Positions 38,016-47,574 of a DNA stretch of 64,000 bases are shown here, piece after piece. The translations under genes and the position numbers were made by a program. Under the pieces are notes generated by a model. That model saw nothing but the letters and a program-made list of their open reading frames with translations. It was not told where the DNA came from and did no database searches. Positions within the stretch are counted from its first letter, which is position 1. The number at the start of each line of letters is the position of its first letter. The stretch is from Nitrosopumilus sp. (GTDB lineage Archaea > Thermoproteota > Nitrososphaeria > Nitrososphaerales > Nitrosopumilaceae), in the NCBI GenBank assembly GCA_965218695.1, contig OZ244651.1:160001-224000 (forward strand), read 5' to 3'.

Positions 38016-39486
38016 AGATTCTATGCGTAATCGCACTTAATTTTTAATTTTAGACAGCACGCATGAATTATTGTTGGATTTGCGGATTAATTCTGCATCA
38101 AGGCATGCGGTGCCGGAGACATTTTACAAGCATTTGCAGCAATACGTGCGCACCATCCCCGCACCGCGATGTGCACCGGTTCTGTTATCAGAACGGGGCG
38201 CTGCCTGCAGGCGGGACGGCCCCGTTCCAGTCAATGACTGTCTCCCACCTGCCAGGCGGCGGCGGGCCCTTGTCTATCTTGTCCCATAGCAGGTGCAGGT
38301 TTACCAGTCCGGTGGCCACGTTGAATTCGTAGTTGAACCTGCCTATGGTCCCGTCGTACGGGTCTGTCAGGCGCGCGTATCTCTTGAGCCTTCCGATGGA
38401 GTGCTCCACGCGCACCCGGACAGAGTTGACCAGGTGGTTGTGTTCTTTTTGCTTGGCAGTCAGGATCCGGCGGTTTTTTGATCTCTTGTGGGGGATCATG
38501 AGCGTTGAGCCCGGCAGATCCTTGCCGGTTCCCTGGTAGCCCCTGTCTGCCCAGACGCGGATCCTGTCTTTTTCCGGCGTGGAGGCCTCGCGCATGGAAT
38601 CGGCCCACCTGCCAAACGGCATAGGATCCTCCCTGAGCAGCGTAATGTCGCCGGTGGAGCCGACGGAGCTTTTCGAGATCCCGATTATCACCCCGTCGGC
38701 GTTGGTGTAGACTGTGGTGTTGTAGGTAAAGCGCTTCTTCTTGCCCGAGTACATCATGCGCCTGAGGGTCTTTTCTGACGGGCGCCGCACCGGACAGTGC
38801 GTGCCGTCTGCGATGATGTTGCCCCCGTCGGATCCGGGCACGATTTTTTTGAATTCCTCCTTGGTCTTGCACGAGGCCACCTCTTTTGAGACGTTTTTGG
38901 CAGTGGGAAGCACCCCGGCCAGCATCTTGTCCATCACCTTGAGGTACCTGCACACGCTGGTCTGGTCGATTCCGAATATTGCCTGCAGCGTGCCCTGCGT
39001 GGGGTTGTCTTTTTTGTGCATGAGCGACATGAGCAGGGCGTGCCGGAGGCGCAGCCTGCACCTGTTTCCCGGATCAGAGGCCCGGGATTCGTCGTCGCGA
39101 AACAGCGGCATGTCGCCGGATGCGGTGGCGTACGCCAACACCCGCTCCAGAACGTGCCGGAACTCCTCCCTGCTGCACAGGGTCGCAGAGCGCAGGCTGG
39201 ACTCGTCTGATATGACGCCGTCAAAGACCTCGATCCTGTGCAGGTCCGTGCTGTTCCCCGGGTCCCAGCCCTCCTCCCTGTTCTTCCACAGGCGGCGCTC
39301 GATGTCCAGCTCCTTGTCCTTTTGGTCTAATTCCTTGTCTTTCTGTGCCAGAGTCTCGTTTAGTTTTTTAATTTCCTGTTGCATCTTGCGTATGGCTTGA
39401 TCAGACGAATCCTGCATTTGGAATGTAGCGAGATTATGTCTGATCTAAACTTATTGGATTGATGGGTGGGATTACGCATAAAATCT
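38016..39486 (-). mobile_element. IS5-family (DDE_Tnp_4/ISL2-Harbinger-like) element inserted in IS66-B
   Basis: TIR AGATT(C/T)TATGCGTAATC; TSD AGT (or TAGTA if the ends are 1 nt shorter). Confidence 0.88.
38188..39417 (-). CDS. DDE_Tnp_4-type transposase
   Basis: IIADGTHCPV, YSGKKK, ADRGYQG and RVRVEHSIGRLK motifs. Confidence 0.92.
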   Translation of the reverse strand: MQDSSDQAIRKMQQEIKKLNETLAQKDKELDQKDKELDIERRLWKNREEGWDPGNSTDLHRIEVFDGVISDESSLRSATLCSREEFRHVLERVLAYATASGDMPLFRDDESRASDPGNRCRLRLRHALLMSLMHKKDNPTQGTLQAIFGIDQTSVCRYLKVMDKMLAGVLPTAKNVSKEVASCKTKEEFKKIVPGSDGGNIIADGTHCPVRRPSEKTLRRMMYSGKKKRFTYNTTVYTNADGVIIGISKSSVGSTGDITLLREDPMPFGRWADSMREASTPEKDRIRVWADRGYQGTGKDLPGSTLMIPHKRSKNRRILTAKQKEHNHLVNSVRVRVEHSIGRLKRYARLTDPYDGTIGRFNYEFNVATGLVNLHLLWDKIDKGPPPPGRWETVIDWNGAVPPAGSAPF

Positions 39487-39735
39487 AGTATGTCATGATG
39501 CGCTCGCTGTACCCCAAGGCCCTTTCAAGACGTTCGATCTTGGCAAGCACCTCTTCAATCTTGGACTCGAGCATGGCATTTTTCTTCCTTTCCTCAGCCA
39601 GTTCCCTCTCCAGCTGTTCCCTGTTCATGTGCCGTGGGTTCCCCATGGACAGGGATGTGTATTACCAGCATATGGATCAGTATGATCATTTTTTTGTGAC
39701 AGGAAGGACAGGTGAATTCATACCTCCGACTCTGC

Positions 39736-40948
39736 GGGTGTGTCCTAGAGAGATATACTCTAGGATGACAAAAGATATGGATCGGCAGATCACGGCATCG
39801 CCTAATGACTACAAAGAAACGCGACCAACGACAGTACGATCTGGTTCAGCAGTACATGCCGGGCCTCATGCTGAATACCGTGCTGGGGATAATCAAAGAG
39901 CTTGGGGATCCGTACGCCGTCTGGCCCGGCTTGGGCGGCATGACGGCATACCCGCCTGGCGCCATGGCAGCTGTCTGCATCATGCTTGAGGCACAGCGCA
40001 CGACCTACCGCAAGATGGTCGGCATTCTCCGAAGTAACGGCGTCATGGCAGCCAGGATGGGCCTGGACAGAATTCCCTCCAAGAGCACGATAGCACGCGC
40101 CTACGGCCTGATCCCGGAATGGTATCTGGCAGAGACACACCGGATTGCCATCAGGGAGGTGGGGACAGGCTCCCTGGCAGCAGACAGTACCGGGTACTCG
40201 TACCTGCGGTTTGTCAGGTGGTTTAACGTCCGGACCGACAGTTTTCGTACCAGAAAGGGATGGGTCAAGCTGCACGCAATCGTGGACATACGCACCAGGG
40301 TGATAATCGACTGCATGGCAACTGACAGCGCGGTGGCAGACATAAACGGGCTGTACGCGATGCTCGGCAGGCTCGGCCTAGGCACCGGTGACTTTTGCCT
40401 GGATTCTGCATACCTGGCAAGGCTAATGTGCAACATGATATCTGCGATGGGAATGGTGCCCCGCATCAAGCCAAAATCCAACACCATACGCAACGCCAGG
40501 GGAAGCCAGTCGTGGCGCGAAATGGTAAGCCTGTACATGGATGACAAGGACAGGTTTGACTCGGAATACCACCAGCGCAGCATCATCGAGGCAGTCTTTG
40601 CAGCCCTCAAGAAGATGTACGGGGACAGCACCAGGTGCCGAAAACACGAGAACCGGACAAGGGAGACTGCGATCCGTGTCATGTGCTACAACGTCGAGCT
40701 CGTGGCCAGATTGCAGGCAAAAGACGGCAGGCTCACACAGGATCAAATCGCGACACTTGCAGCGTAACCGGTGCGTCTTGACACGCGCCTCCTAGCGGAG
40801 CCTCCGCACAGTGTCTTGGATTTGGGGGATTTTATGGGTTGTGAAAGATTGACGGTGCGGCACTGTTGGCGTCGACGGGTTCTGGCACCAATCGTGTCTT
40901 TGGCATCTTGGCACATGAAATGGCATTTTTTATTACTAGGACACACCC
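39736..40948 (+). mobile_element. IS5-type element B, copy 2 (transposase 39805-40767)
   Basis: TIR GGGTGTGTCCTAG; TSD CGACTCTGC (right copy split by an IS66). Confidence 0.92.
39805..40767 (+). CDS. IS5-family DDE transposase
   Basis: near-identical to 34305-35267. Confidence 0.92.
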   Translation: MTTKKRDQRQYDLVQQYMPGLMLNTVLGIIKELGDPYAVWPGLGGMTAYPPGAMAAVCIMLEAQRTTYRKMVGILRSNGVMAARMGLDRIPSKSTIARAYGLIPEWYLAETHRIAIREVGTGSLAADSTGYSYLRFVRWFNVRTDSFRTRKGWVKLHAIVDIRTRVIIDCMATDSAVADINGLYAMLGRLGLGTGDFCLDSAYLARLMCNMISAMGMVPRIKPKSNTIRNARGSQSWREMVSLYMDDKDRFDSEYHQRSIIEAVFAALKKMYGDSTRCRKHENRTRETAIRVMCYNVELVARLQAKDGRLTQDQIATLAA

Positions 40949-40953
40949 CGACT

Positions 40954-42492
40954 GTATGAATTCACCTGTCCTTCCTGTCACAAAAAAATGATCATACTGA
41001 TCCATATGCTGGCAATACACATCACTTTACATGGTAAATTCACGGCACATGAGCAGGGACCAGCTAAAAGAGGAACTCCTAGCACGGAACCGGGAGATTG
41101 CCACCCTCAAATCCGATCTTGAGAAGGCACTTGGCAGGATAGAACGTCTTGAAAGGGCCTTGGGGTACAGCGAACGCCTCATGACATACTATACAAACCC
41201 CAACACGCCGCCCTCATCTGAATCCCTGGAATGGAAGGCCCAGAAGAGGGAGCGGGCAAAAAAACAGGAAAAGGAGGGCAAATCCAAGCGCGGGGGAAGA
41301 AAGGGACACGCGGGGGCGTCGCGCCCCCACGACCCGGAAAGGACCGTATCCCACAGGTTCGGGCGCAGGAAGTCGGGCAGGAGGCGGGTGCCGGTGCTCC
41401 CGGAATGCGGGTGCGGCGGCGGCCGGATGGCGATTGGCAGTCCGCGCGTGCGGGACATCACGGACATCAGGGTGACTGCGTGCGAGACGCGGCACCGCGT
41501 GGAGACTGCAGTATGCGGCTCATGCGGCCGCAGGGAAGATGCTCCAAACGACCTGCCGCGGCGGGGCAACTTCGGCAAGGGCATGGTCGGACTCGTCTCA
41601 GAACTGCGCGCGGCACGGGTGCCGCTCAAGGGAATCTCGGTCGCGGTGCGCTCCATAACGGGCATTATGCTTGCAGGATCCACCGTCAACAACATCATGG
41701 CACGCGTCGGGGACGCCTCGGGCCACGAGGCAGGCAGGATCCTCGGGGAAGTGGAGGCTTCTGACTGTGCCGGGTTTGACGAAACCAGCTGGCGAAACGA
41801 CGGCCAGAAGGTACACGCAAACGTGGCACAGTCGGGCAAAAATATCGCAATAAACATCAGCCAGAGCAGGGCCACGCTCATGCTCGATGCCATGGACAAA
41901 TTTGACGGGGTGGCGATAACTGACGGGTACAACGGATATGACAGGTTTGACAAGGGCGGCATGCACCAGTCGTGCTGGGCGCACGACCTCCGGCAGACAA
42001 GGCACCTGGCAGAAAAATACTGCGCCGTGCCTCCCGAGACCAAACGTGTCCGGCGGCGGCAGCAGCAGCTCCACGAGGACCACAAGTGGGTGTTTGAGAG
42101 GGCAAAACTGCTGGCCGCGCAGGAGGCGCGCTCGCCACAGCTGCGGCATACGATGAACCGCACCATGCAGGACGTGCTTGACCGGTACCGCGATGCCGGT
42201 GGTGGTGGTAACGATGACGACATGCAAAAGGTGCTGGACAAGCTCGAGAGGCACCTGCACCGCATGTTTGCGTTCCTGGAGCATCCCGGCGTCGAGCCTA
42301 CAAACAACGCCAGCGAGAGGGCGCTGCGCTACCTGGTGGTGTTCCGCAAGATAAGCGGGCAGACCAAGGGCGGCTCCAAGGCCATGAAGCGCCTTGCAGA
42401 TTTTGTCACGTGCGTCCTCACGTGGAGGGCACATGGCAAGAGCGTGGCCGAAGAAGTTGGTCGACTGATATAAGGGGCAGGTGAATTCATAC
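40954..42492 (+). mobile_element. IS66-family element B, copy 2 (intact)
   Basis: TIR GTATGAATTCACCTG; 8-bp TSD CCCCGACT (40946-40953 / 42493-42500). Confidence 0.93.
41031..42473 (+). CDS. IS66-family transposase
   Basis: coiled coil, NTPPSS, Zn ribbon, FDETSW, QSCWAH and PTNNASER motifs. Confidence 0.93.
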   Translation: MVNSRHMSRDQLKEELLARNREIATLKSDLEKALGRIERLERALGYSERLMTYYTNPNTPPSSESLEWKAQKRERAKKQEKEGKSKRGGRKGHAGASRPHDPERTVSHRFGRRKSGRRRVPVLPECGCGGGRMAIGSPRVRDITDIRVTACETRHRVETAVCGSCGRREDAPNDLPRRGNFGKGMVGLVSELRAARVPLKGISVAVRSITGIMLAGSTVNNIMARVGDASGHEAGRILGEVEASDCAGFDETSWRNDGQKVHANVAQSGKNIAINISQSRATLMLDAMDKFDGVAITDGYNGYDRFDKGGMHQSCWAHDLRQTRHLAEKYCAVPPETKRVRRRQQQLHEDHKWVFERAKLLAAQEARSPQLRHTMNRTMQDVLDRYRDAGGGGNDDDMQKVLDKLERHLHRMFAFLEHPGVEPTNNASERALRYLVVFRKISGQTKGGSKAMKRLADFVTCVLTWRAHGKSVAEEVGRLI

Positions 42493-42504
42493 CCCCGACT
42501 CTGC

Positions 42505-43717
42505 GGGTGTGTCCTAGTAATAAAAAATGCCATTTCATGTACCAGAATGCCAAAGACATGATTGGTGCCAGAACCCGTCGACGCCAACAGTGCCGCACCG
42601 TCAATCTTTCACAACCCATAAAATCCCCCAAATCCAAGACACTGTGCGGAGGCTCCGCTAGGAGGCGCGTGGTGAAACGCGCCAGCTATGCTGCAAGTGT
42701 CGCGATTTGATCCTGTGTGAGCCTGCCGTCTTTTGCCTGCAATCTGGCCACGAGCTCGACGTTGTAGCACATGACACGGATCGCAGTCTCCCTTGTCCGG
42801 TTCTCGTGTTTTCGGCACCTGGTGCTGTCCCCGTACATCTTCTTGAGGGCTGCAAAGACTGCCTCGATGATGCTGCGCTGGTGGTATTCCGAGTCAAACC
42901 TGTCCTTGTCATCCATGTACAGGCTTACCATCTCGCGCCACGACTGACTTCCCCTGGCGTTGCGTATGGTGTTGGATTTTGGCTTGATGCGGGGTACCAT
43001 TCCCATCGCAGATATCATGTTGCACATTAGCCTTGCCAGGTATGCAGAATCCAGGCAAAAGTCGCCGGTGCCCCGGCCTAACCTGCCGAGCATCGCGTAC
43101 AGCCCGTTTATGTCTGCCACTGCGCTGTCAGTCACCATGCAGTCGATTATCACCCTGGTGCGTATGTCCACGATTGCGTGCAGTTTGACCCATCCCTTTC
43201 TGGTACGAAAACTGTCGGTCCTGACGTCAAACCACCTGACAAACCGCAGGTACGAGTATCCGGTACCGTCTGCTGCCAGGGAGCCTGCCTCCACCTCCCT
43301 GATGGCAATCCGGTGTGCCTCTGCCAGGTACCATTCCGGGATCAGGCCGTAGGCGCGTGCTATCGTGCTCTTGGAGGGAATTTTCTCTAGGCCCATCTTG
43401 GCTGCCATGGCGCTATTGTTTCGGAGGATGCCGACCATCTTACGGTAGGTCGTGCGCTGTGCCTCAAGCATGATGCAGACAGCTGCCATGGCGCCAGGCG
43501 GGTATGCCGTCATGCCGCCCAGGCCGGGCCTGACGGCGTACGGATCCCCAAGATTCTTGATTATTCCCAGCACGGTATTCAGCATGAGGCCCGACAGGTA
43601 CTGCTGAACCAAATCGTACTGTCGTTGGTCGCGTTTCTTTGTAGTCATTAGGCGATGCCGTGATCCGCCGATCCATATCTTTTGTCATCCGGGGGTATAT
43701 GCCTCTAGGACACACCC
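42505..43717 (-). mobile_element. IS5-type element B, copy 3 (transposase 42686-43648)
   Basis: TIR GGGTGTGTCCTAG; perfect TSD CGACTCTGC (42496-42504 / 43718-43726). Confidence 0.93.
42686..43648 (-). CDS. IS5-family DDE transposase
   Basis: near-identical to the other two copies. Confidence 0.92.
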   Translation of the reverse strand: MTTKKRDQRQYDLVQQYLSGLMLNTVLGIIKNLGDPYAVRPGLGGMTAYPPGAMAAVCIMLEAQRTTYRKMVGILRNNSAMAAKMGLEKIPSKSTIARAYGLIPEWYLAEAHRIAIREVEAGSLAADGTGYSYLRFVRWFDVRTDSFRTRKGWVKLHAIVDIRTRVIIDCMVTDSAVADINGLYAMLGRLGRGTGDFCLDSAYLARLMCNMISAMGMVPRIKPKSNTIRNARGSQSWREMVSLYMDDKDRFDSEYHQRSIIEAVFAALKKMYGDSTRCRKHENRTRETAIRVMCYNVELVARLQAKDGRLTQDQIATLAA

Positions 43718-43732
43718 CGACTCTGCTAAATA

Positions 43733-43740
43733 GATATAAG
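43733..43740 (+). promoter_or_regulatory. putative TATA box of the 43764 gene
   Basis: TAAATA-GATATAAG, 23 nt upstream of the ATG. Confidence 0.6.
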
Positions 43741-43763
43741 GGAATTGGAGATCCTAAAACAAA

Positions 43764-44207
43764 ATGGCAACAAAGACAGTTCTTATATTTATACTGCCTG
43801 TATTGTTCTCGATAGTGTTTGGATCCGCAGTCATGGCCGATATTCTTCAAAAGCCTGATCGTACCCTGAATATGTGGCCTGTGTCATCTGAAACCACATC
43901 TCATTACACCCTTGAGATCATCGGACTATCCGAGCAATACTCTGTATCCGAGTCAATAACAGCACAATTCGTAGTATCTGATATCTCTTATGACTGCGCC
44001 GATCTGTATGTTACAATTTATTCAGAAAACGTGCCTGTCAGCCAAAACGGATTCTTTAAACAATGTTTTGGAAATGAAGGTATCATTCCGGTAGACGATA
44101 CGTTCTCTGAGACTATTGACACACCGGGATCCTATGAATTGGTGGCACAGCTTGGCTCAGAAAACTTGGGATTCATTCTGACTAGCGCAATATTTACTGT
44201 TAAATAG
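43764..44207 (+). CDS. membrane-anchored/secreted hypothetical protein
   Basis: N-terminal TM plus beta-rich domain. Confidence 0.8.
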   Translation: MATKTVLIFILPVLFSIVFGSAVMADILQKPDRTLNMWPVSSETTSHYTLEIIGLSEQYSVSESITAQFVVSDISYDCADLYVTIYSENVPVSQNGFFKQCFGNEGIIPVDDTFSETIDTPGSYELVAQLGSENLGFILTSAIFTVK

Positions 44208-44252
44208 GAATATCCTATGATAAATATGAGGCGATTCTGAAGGTGTGGTGTC

Positions 44253-45170
44253 ATGGAAGTAACAGGTGATTCTCAAACCATAGAAGAGATCCGGGCAGAG
44301 ATTGATGAACTAAAAAGGAAGGCGATGATTCTGGATTCGTCGTCCACAAGCACTGTTAAGGAATCCTATTCAAAGAAATCCGTACCAAGGCCCACAGCCA
44401 AGAAACCTGCCGCAAAGCCTGCAGCCAAGAAACCTGCCGCAAAGCCTGCAGCCAAGAAACCTGCCGCAAAGCCTGCAGCCAAGAAACCTGCCGCAAAGCC
44501 TGCAGCCAAGAAACCTGCCGCAAAGCCTGCAGCCAAGAAACCTGCCGCAAAGCCTGCAGCCAAGAAACCTGCCGCAAAGCCTGCAGCCAAGAAACCTGCC
44601 GCAAAGCCTGCAGCCAAGAAACCTGCCGCAAAGCCTGCAGCCAAGAAACCTGCCGCAAAGCCTGCAGCCAAGAAGCCTGCAGCCAAGTCCAAACCAAAAA
44701 AATCCACAGCCAAGAAACCCGAGCCCAAAGAATCTGAAAAAACACCAGAGGAGGAGATGGAGGCAAACCTCTCTGATGAGGAGATTGAAAATTTTCGGAT
44801 TGAAAAGGTCGACATGGATAAACTCACAAACAAGGTATGCGTCATTCTGGCAGAACACGAATCAAACGGAATGCTTCAAAACGAACTGTGGAAGAAGCTC
44901 AAACTCTCAAATCGTGATGGTTCGCGTCTGTCATTGAAGCTTGAGAGAATGGGAACCATTACCCGAGAGAAGCTTCTTCAGAAGAACCGCTGGACTTACA
45001 AACTAATCCTAAAAAAGACCCCAGTCAGTACCAAATCGATCGAGAATGCCCCCTGTCTAGTGTGTCCTGTTGAACAAAGATGTACCATAGACGGTGAAAT
45101 CAGCCCTAAAAATTGTCAGCTTATTGAGGACTGGGTAATCAATTCGATGAAGAAGCCGAAGTCCCGATGA
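44253..45170 (+). CDS. Rpc34/TFE-beta-like winged-helix plus Fe-S transcription factor with PAAK-repeat N-terminal region
   Basis: w[11 protein letters not shown]...[10 protein letters not shown]; C-terminal PCLVC-x5-C-x10-C...W motif. Confidence 0.75.
   Translation: MEVTGDSQTIEEIRAEIDELKRKAMILDSSSTSTVKESYSKKSVPRPTAKKPAAKPAAKKPAAKPAAKKPAAKPAAKKPAAKPAAKKPAAKPAAKKPAAKPAAKKPAAKPAAKKPAAKPAAKKPAAKPAAKKPAAKPAAKKPAAKSKPKKSTAKKPEPKESEKTPEEEMEANLSDEEIENFRIEKVDMDKLTNKVCVILAEHESNGMLQNELWKKLKLSNRDGSRLSLKLERMGTITREKLLQKNRWTYKLILKKTPVSTKSIENAPCLVCPVEQRCTIDGEISPKNCQLIEDWVINSMKKPKSR
44395..44687 (+). repeat. 27-bp perfect tandem repeat (about 10 units) encoding KKPAAKPAA
   Basis: unit GCCAAGAAACCTGCCGCAAAGCCTGCA. 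Confidence 0.97.
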
Positions 45171-45757
45171 AGCTCATAGACGCCCGCAAGGATCCTTACA
45201 GAAAACTGGCCCATGAGCAGGGCTATAGGAGTCGGGCTGCATACAAGCTCAAGGAACTGAACCAGTCTTACCGCATAATCGGTCCGGGGTTCAACGTACT
45301 CGATCTCGGATGTGCTCCCGGAGGCTGGACCCAGATGGCTGTAAAACTGGCAGGAAACCAGGGCAAGGTAATGGGAATAGATCTGTCCTATGTGGAGGAG
45401 ATTTCAGGAGCTTACATCATCCGAGATGATATAGGAAACGAGGCTGTCATAGACGAGATCATGTCGTATTTTGAACGTAAGGTCAACGCCGTAATATGCG
45501 ATCTCTCTCCGCAGGTCAGTGGAAACTGGTCAGTTGATCATGCTAAGCAGATCTCACTCAACTATGACTGTGCCCGAATCATGGATCAGGTTCTAGCACG
45601 CAAGGGGAATGCCGTCTTCAAGTTGTTTGACGGGGAGTATTCCATGGAGTTTCGGGACTACATACGCAAGAAGTTTGCCCGGACAAACCTTACCAAACCC
45701 AAGGCAAGTAGAAAACAGAGCAGCGAGTTGTACTGCGTATGCCTGGGCTTTATGTGA
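45167..45757 (+). CDS. rlmE: 23S rRNA Um2552 methyltransferase RlmE/FtsJ
   Basis: YRSRAAYKL, DLGCAPGGW and KPKASRKQSSELY motifs. Confidence 0.95.
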   Translation: MKLIDARKDPYRKLAHEQGYRSRAAYKLKELNQSYRIIGPGFNVLDLGCAPGGWTQMAVKLAGNQGKVMGIDLSYVEEISGAYIIRDDIGNEAVIDEIMSYFERKVNAVICDLSPQVSGNWSVDHAKQISLNYDCARIMDQVLARKGNAVFKLFDGEYSMEFRDYIRKKFARTNLTKPKASRKQSSELYCVCLGFM

Positions 45758-46910
45758 TCGACGAAAAGATCTCCCCAACCTCGTCAATTCTGGCATCGGT
45801 TCTGAATCCTGTAGGGTCAAGCGATGTGGGGCTGGCAAGAAAACCCCTTCTCTGCAGGTAACGTATTGCGTCCTCCAGACTGGGTGGCGAGATCCCCCTA
45901 CTTGAGGCTACCTCGTCAAGTGTAAAATACGTTCCAGGCATCTCTGATTCCATCACGCATCTGTCGATGATCCTACGACAGGCCTTGTTTACATTCAAAC
46001 CTGCAACCTCTAATGACATTGCCTGCACAAACTCTCTCTCAAAGATCTGCCCTGTCCACAGGGACCCTGCCGTACTCACATCCTGTCTGCATATCTGGCA
46101 TTTGGAATCCATTACAGACGAGACTCTTCTGTGTTTGCAGTTATTACAGTGCAGAATGTAACCTATGTTCTCCTGCGGATCCGGCCTTCTTTGGACCCTG
46201 ACATACGTTCTGTAGTAGTGCATGTTGCTCTCTACAAACACCGGCGTTATCGTGACTCCCAGCCTTGCAGCAACCGTCCCCAGGCATCCCAGAATCAGCC
46301 TTATTGCAATCTCATTTCTATACACGGCCCTGACAGGAATTCCCCCGTATCTTCTCTTACACGCATCATTAAAGAGTCCGTTGAGCACTTGAAGATCCGT
46401 TGCCGTTGCAGAGAGAATTCCCTTGTGCATGGTTGCGCGAATCCCACAGTCAAAGAACTGGGCAGGCGAGCCAAACGGATCAATGTCGACAATTGCCCCC
46501 CTGCTTCCGCTTCTTGAACAACTACTCAGAAACCTGCATGCCTCATCCCCGGAAAACTCTACGTTTTCCATACCGTTGAGTTTTGCAGAATGGCGAGCCA
46601 TCTCCAGTGCAGACGGGTTTAGATCATTGATGATGACGCTCTGTACATCAAGCTCGTTTCCAACCCTTAGTCCTCTGGCCCCCACCCCGGAAAGCGCCTC
46701 CAGAAACACCCTTGCACCGTCAAAGCCTCTTAGAAATGCAGCATATGCGGCCATCGACAAGTCCCGGGTAAGAGACGCCCTGGGATTGAAAAACGCCGGC
46801 CTTCTTGGCGGAATACTCTCTGTCATTGACTTGCTTGGAACCAGCAACCTTGTCCTGCCCTCGACAATCTCCACAAGTGATCCGTCCAAAACTTCCAATT
46901 GACTCTCCAC
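45750..46910 (-). CDS. trm1: tRNA (guanine-26) N2-dimethyltransferase
   Basis: FFNP...RDLS, SGVGARGLR and DIDPFGSP motifs. Confidence 0.95.
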   Translation of the reverse strand: MESQLEVLDGSLVEIVEGRTRLLVPSKSMTESIPPRRPAFFNPRASLTRDLSMAAYAAFLRGFDGARVFLEALSGVGARGLRVGNELDVQSVIINDLNPSALEMARHSAKLNGMENVEFSGDEACRFLSSCSRSGSRGAIVDIDPFGSPAQFFDCGIRATMHKGILSATATDLQVLNGLFNDACKRRYGGIPVRAVYRNEIAIRLILGCLGTVAARLGVTITPVFVESNMHYYRTYVRVQRRPDPQENIGYILHCNNCKHRRVSSVMDSKCQICRQDVSTAGSLWTGQIFEREFVQAMSLEVAGLNVNKACRRIIDRCVMESEMPGTYFTLDEVASSRGISPPSLEDAIRYLQRRGFLASPTSLDPTGFRTDARIDEVGEIFSSIT

Positions 46911-46956
46911 TGTCGGAGACTACAACGGTTTAATACCTGTATCTTGGGACAAAATC

Positions 46957-47574
46957 GTGCAAATATCGGGGGTCGACGAGGCCGGGCGCGGTTCCATGCT
47001 GGGCCCGTTGGTAGTTGCAGGGATTAGGATAGAACGAAACCGGATACGCCAGTTGTCTGCACTGGGCATCAAGGACTCCAAGAAACTCTCTCCAAAATCC
47101 CGCCAGAACCTCTATCATAAGATAACCGGGATGGCAGACGACTACTGCATAGTAAGGGTACCCCCCAGATCCATTGATGCAAGCGTCAGAATGCACCACC
47201 TCAACATGTTGGAGGCCAGATACATGGCAAGGGTCGTCTCAAGACTAGCCCCTGACGTATCGTACGTTGATTCATGCGATGTCAACGCCGGCAGGTTTGG
47301 AAGGGAGGTCTCCCGTCTCTCCGGGCACAAGGTTCGTTCATACCATCATGCAGACAGCAAGTTTGTAGTGGTGTCTGCTGCCTCCATTCTTGCAAAGGTT
47401 GCCCGGGACGAGGCAGTTGCCAAACTGCGCCGGGTTCATGATCTGGGAAGCGGATACCCGTCGGATCGTACCACGGTAAAATTTGTAACCCGATACTATG
47501 AGGCACATCACGCCATGCCAAGCTTTGTGCGCAAGAGCTGGAAGCCGATCCGGCGAATCATGAATCAGTTATGA
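46957..47574 (+). CDS. rnhB: ribonuclease HII
   Basis: GVDEAGRG, DSKKL, SAASILAKV and GSGYPSD motifs. Confidence 0.97.
   Translation: MQISGVDEAGRGSMLGPLVVAGIRIERNRIRQLSALGIKDSKKLSPKSRQNLYHKITGMADDYCIVRVPPRSIDASVRMHHLNMLEARYMARVVSRLAPDVSYVDSCDVNAGRFGREVSRLSGHKVRSYHHADSKFVVVSAASILAKVARDEAVAKLRRVHDLGSGYPSDRTTVKFVTRYYEAHHAMPSFVRKSWKPIRRIMNQL

Larger units (their letters stand above)
36717..39723 (-). mobile_element. IS66-family (single-ORF) element B, copy 1; transposase 39646-36736 interrupted
   Basis: TIR GTATGA(A/G)TTCACCTG; 8-bp TSD CTCCGACT (36709-36716 / 39724-39731). Confidence 0.92.

Noticed and set aside
36775-42587. Long antisense ORFs (276-372 aa) over the transposases
   Set aside because: Shadow frames of GC-rich IS coding sequences with no recognisable motifs.
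32778-43726. CGACTCTGC repeats as an integron or CRISPR-like cassette system with a dedicated integrase
   Set aside because: Fully explained as TSDs of individual IS elements, each with its own TIRs and transposase.
44395-44687. 27-bp repeat array as a CRISPR array
   Set aside because: No spacers; head-to-tail in-frame coding repeat; no cas genes in the window.
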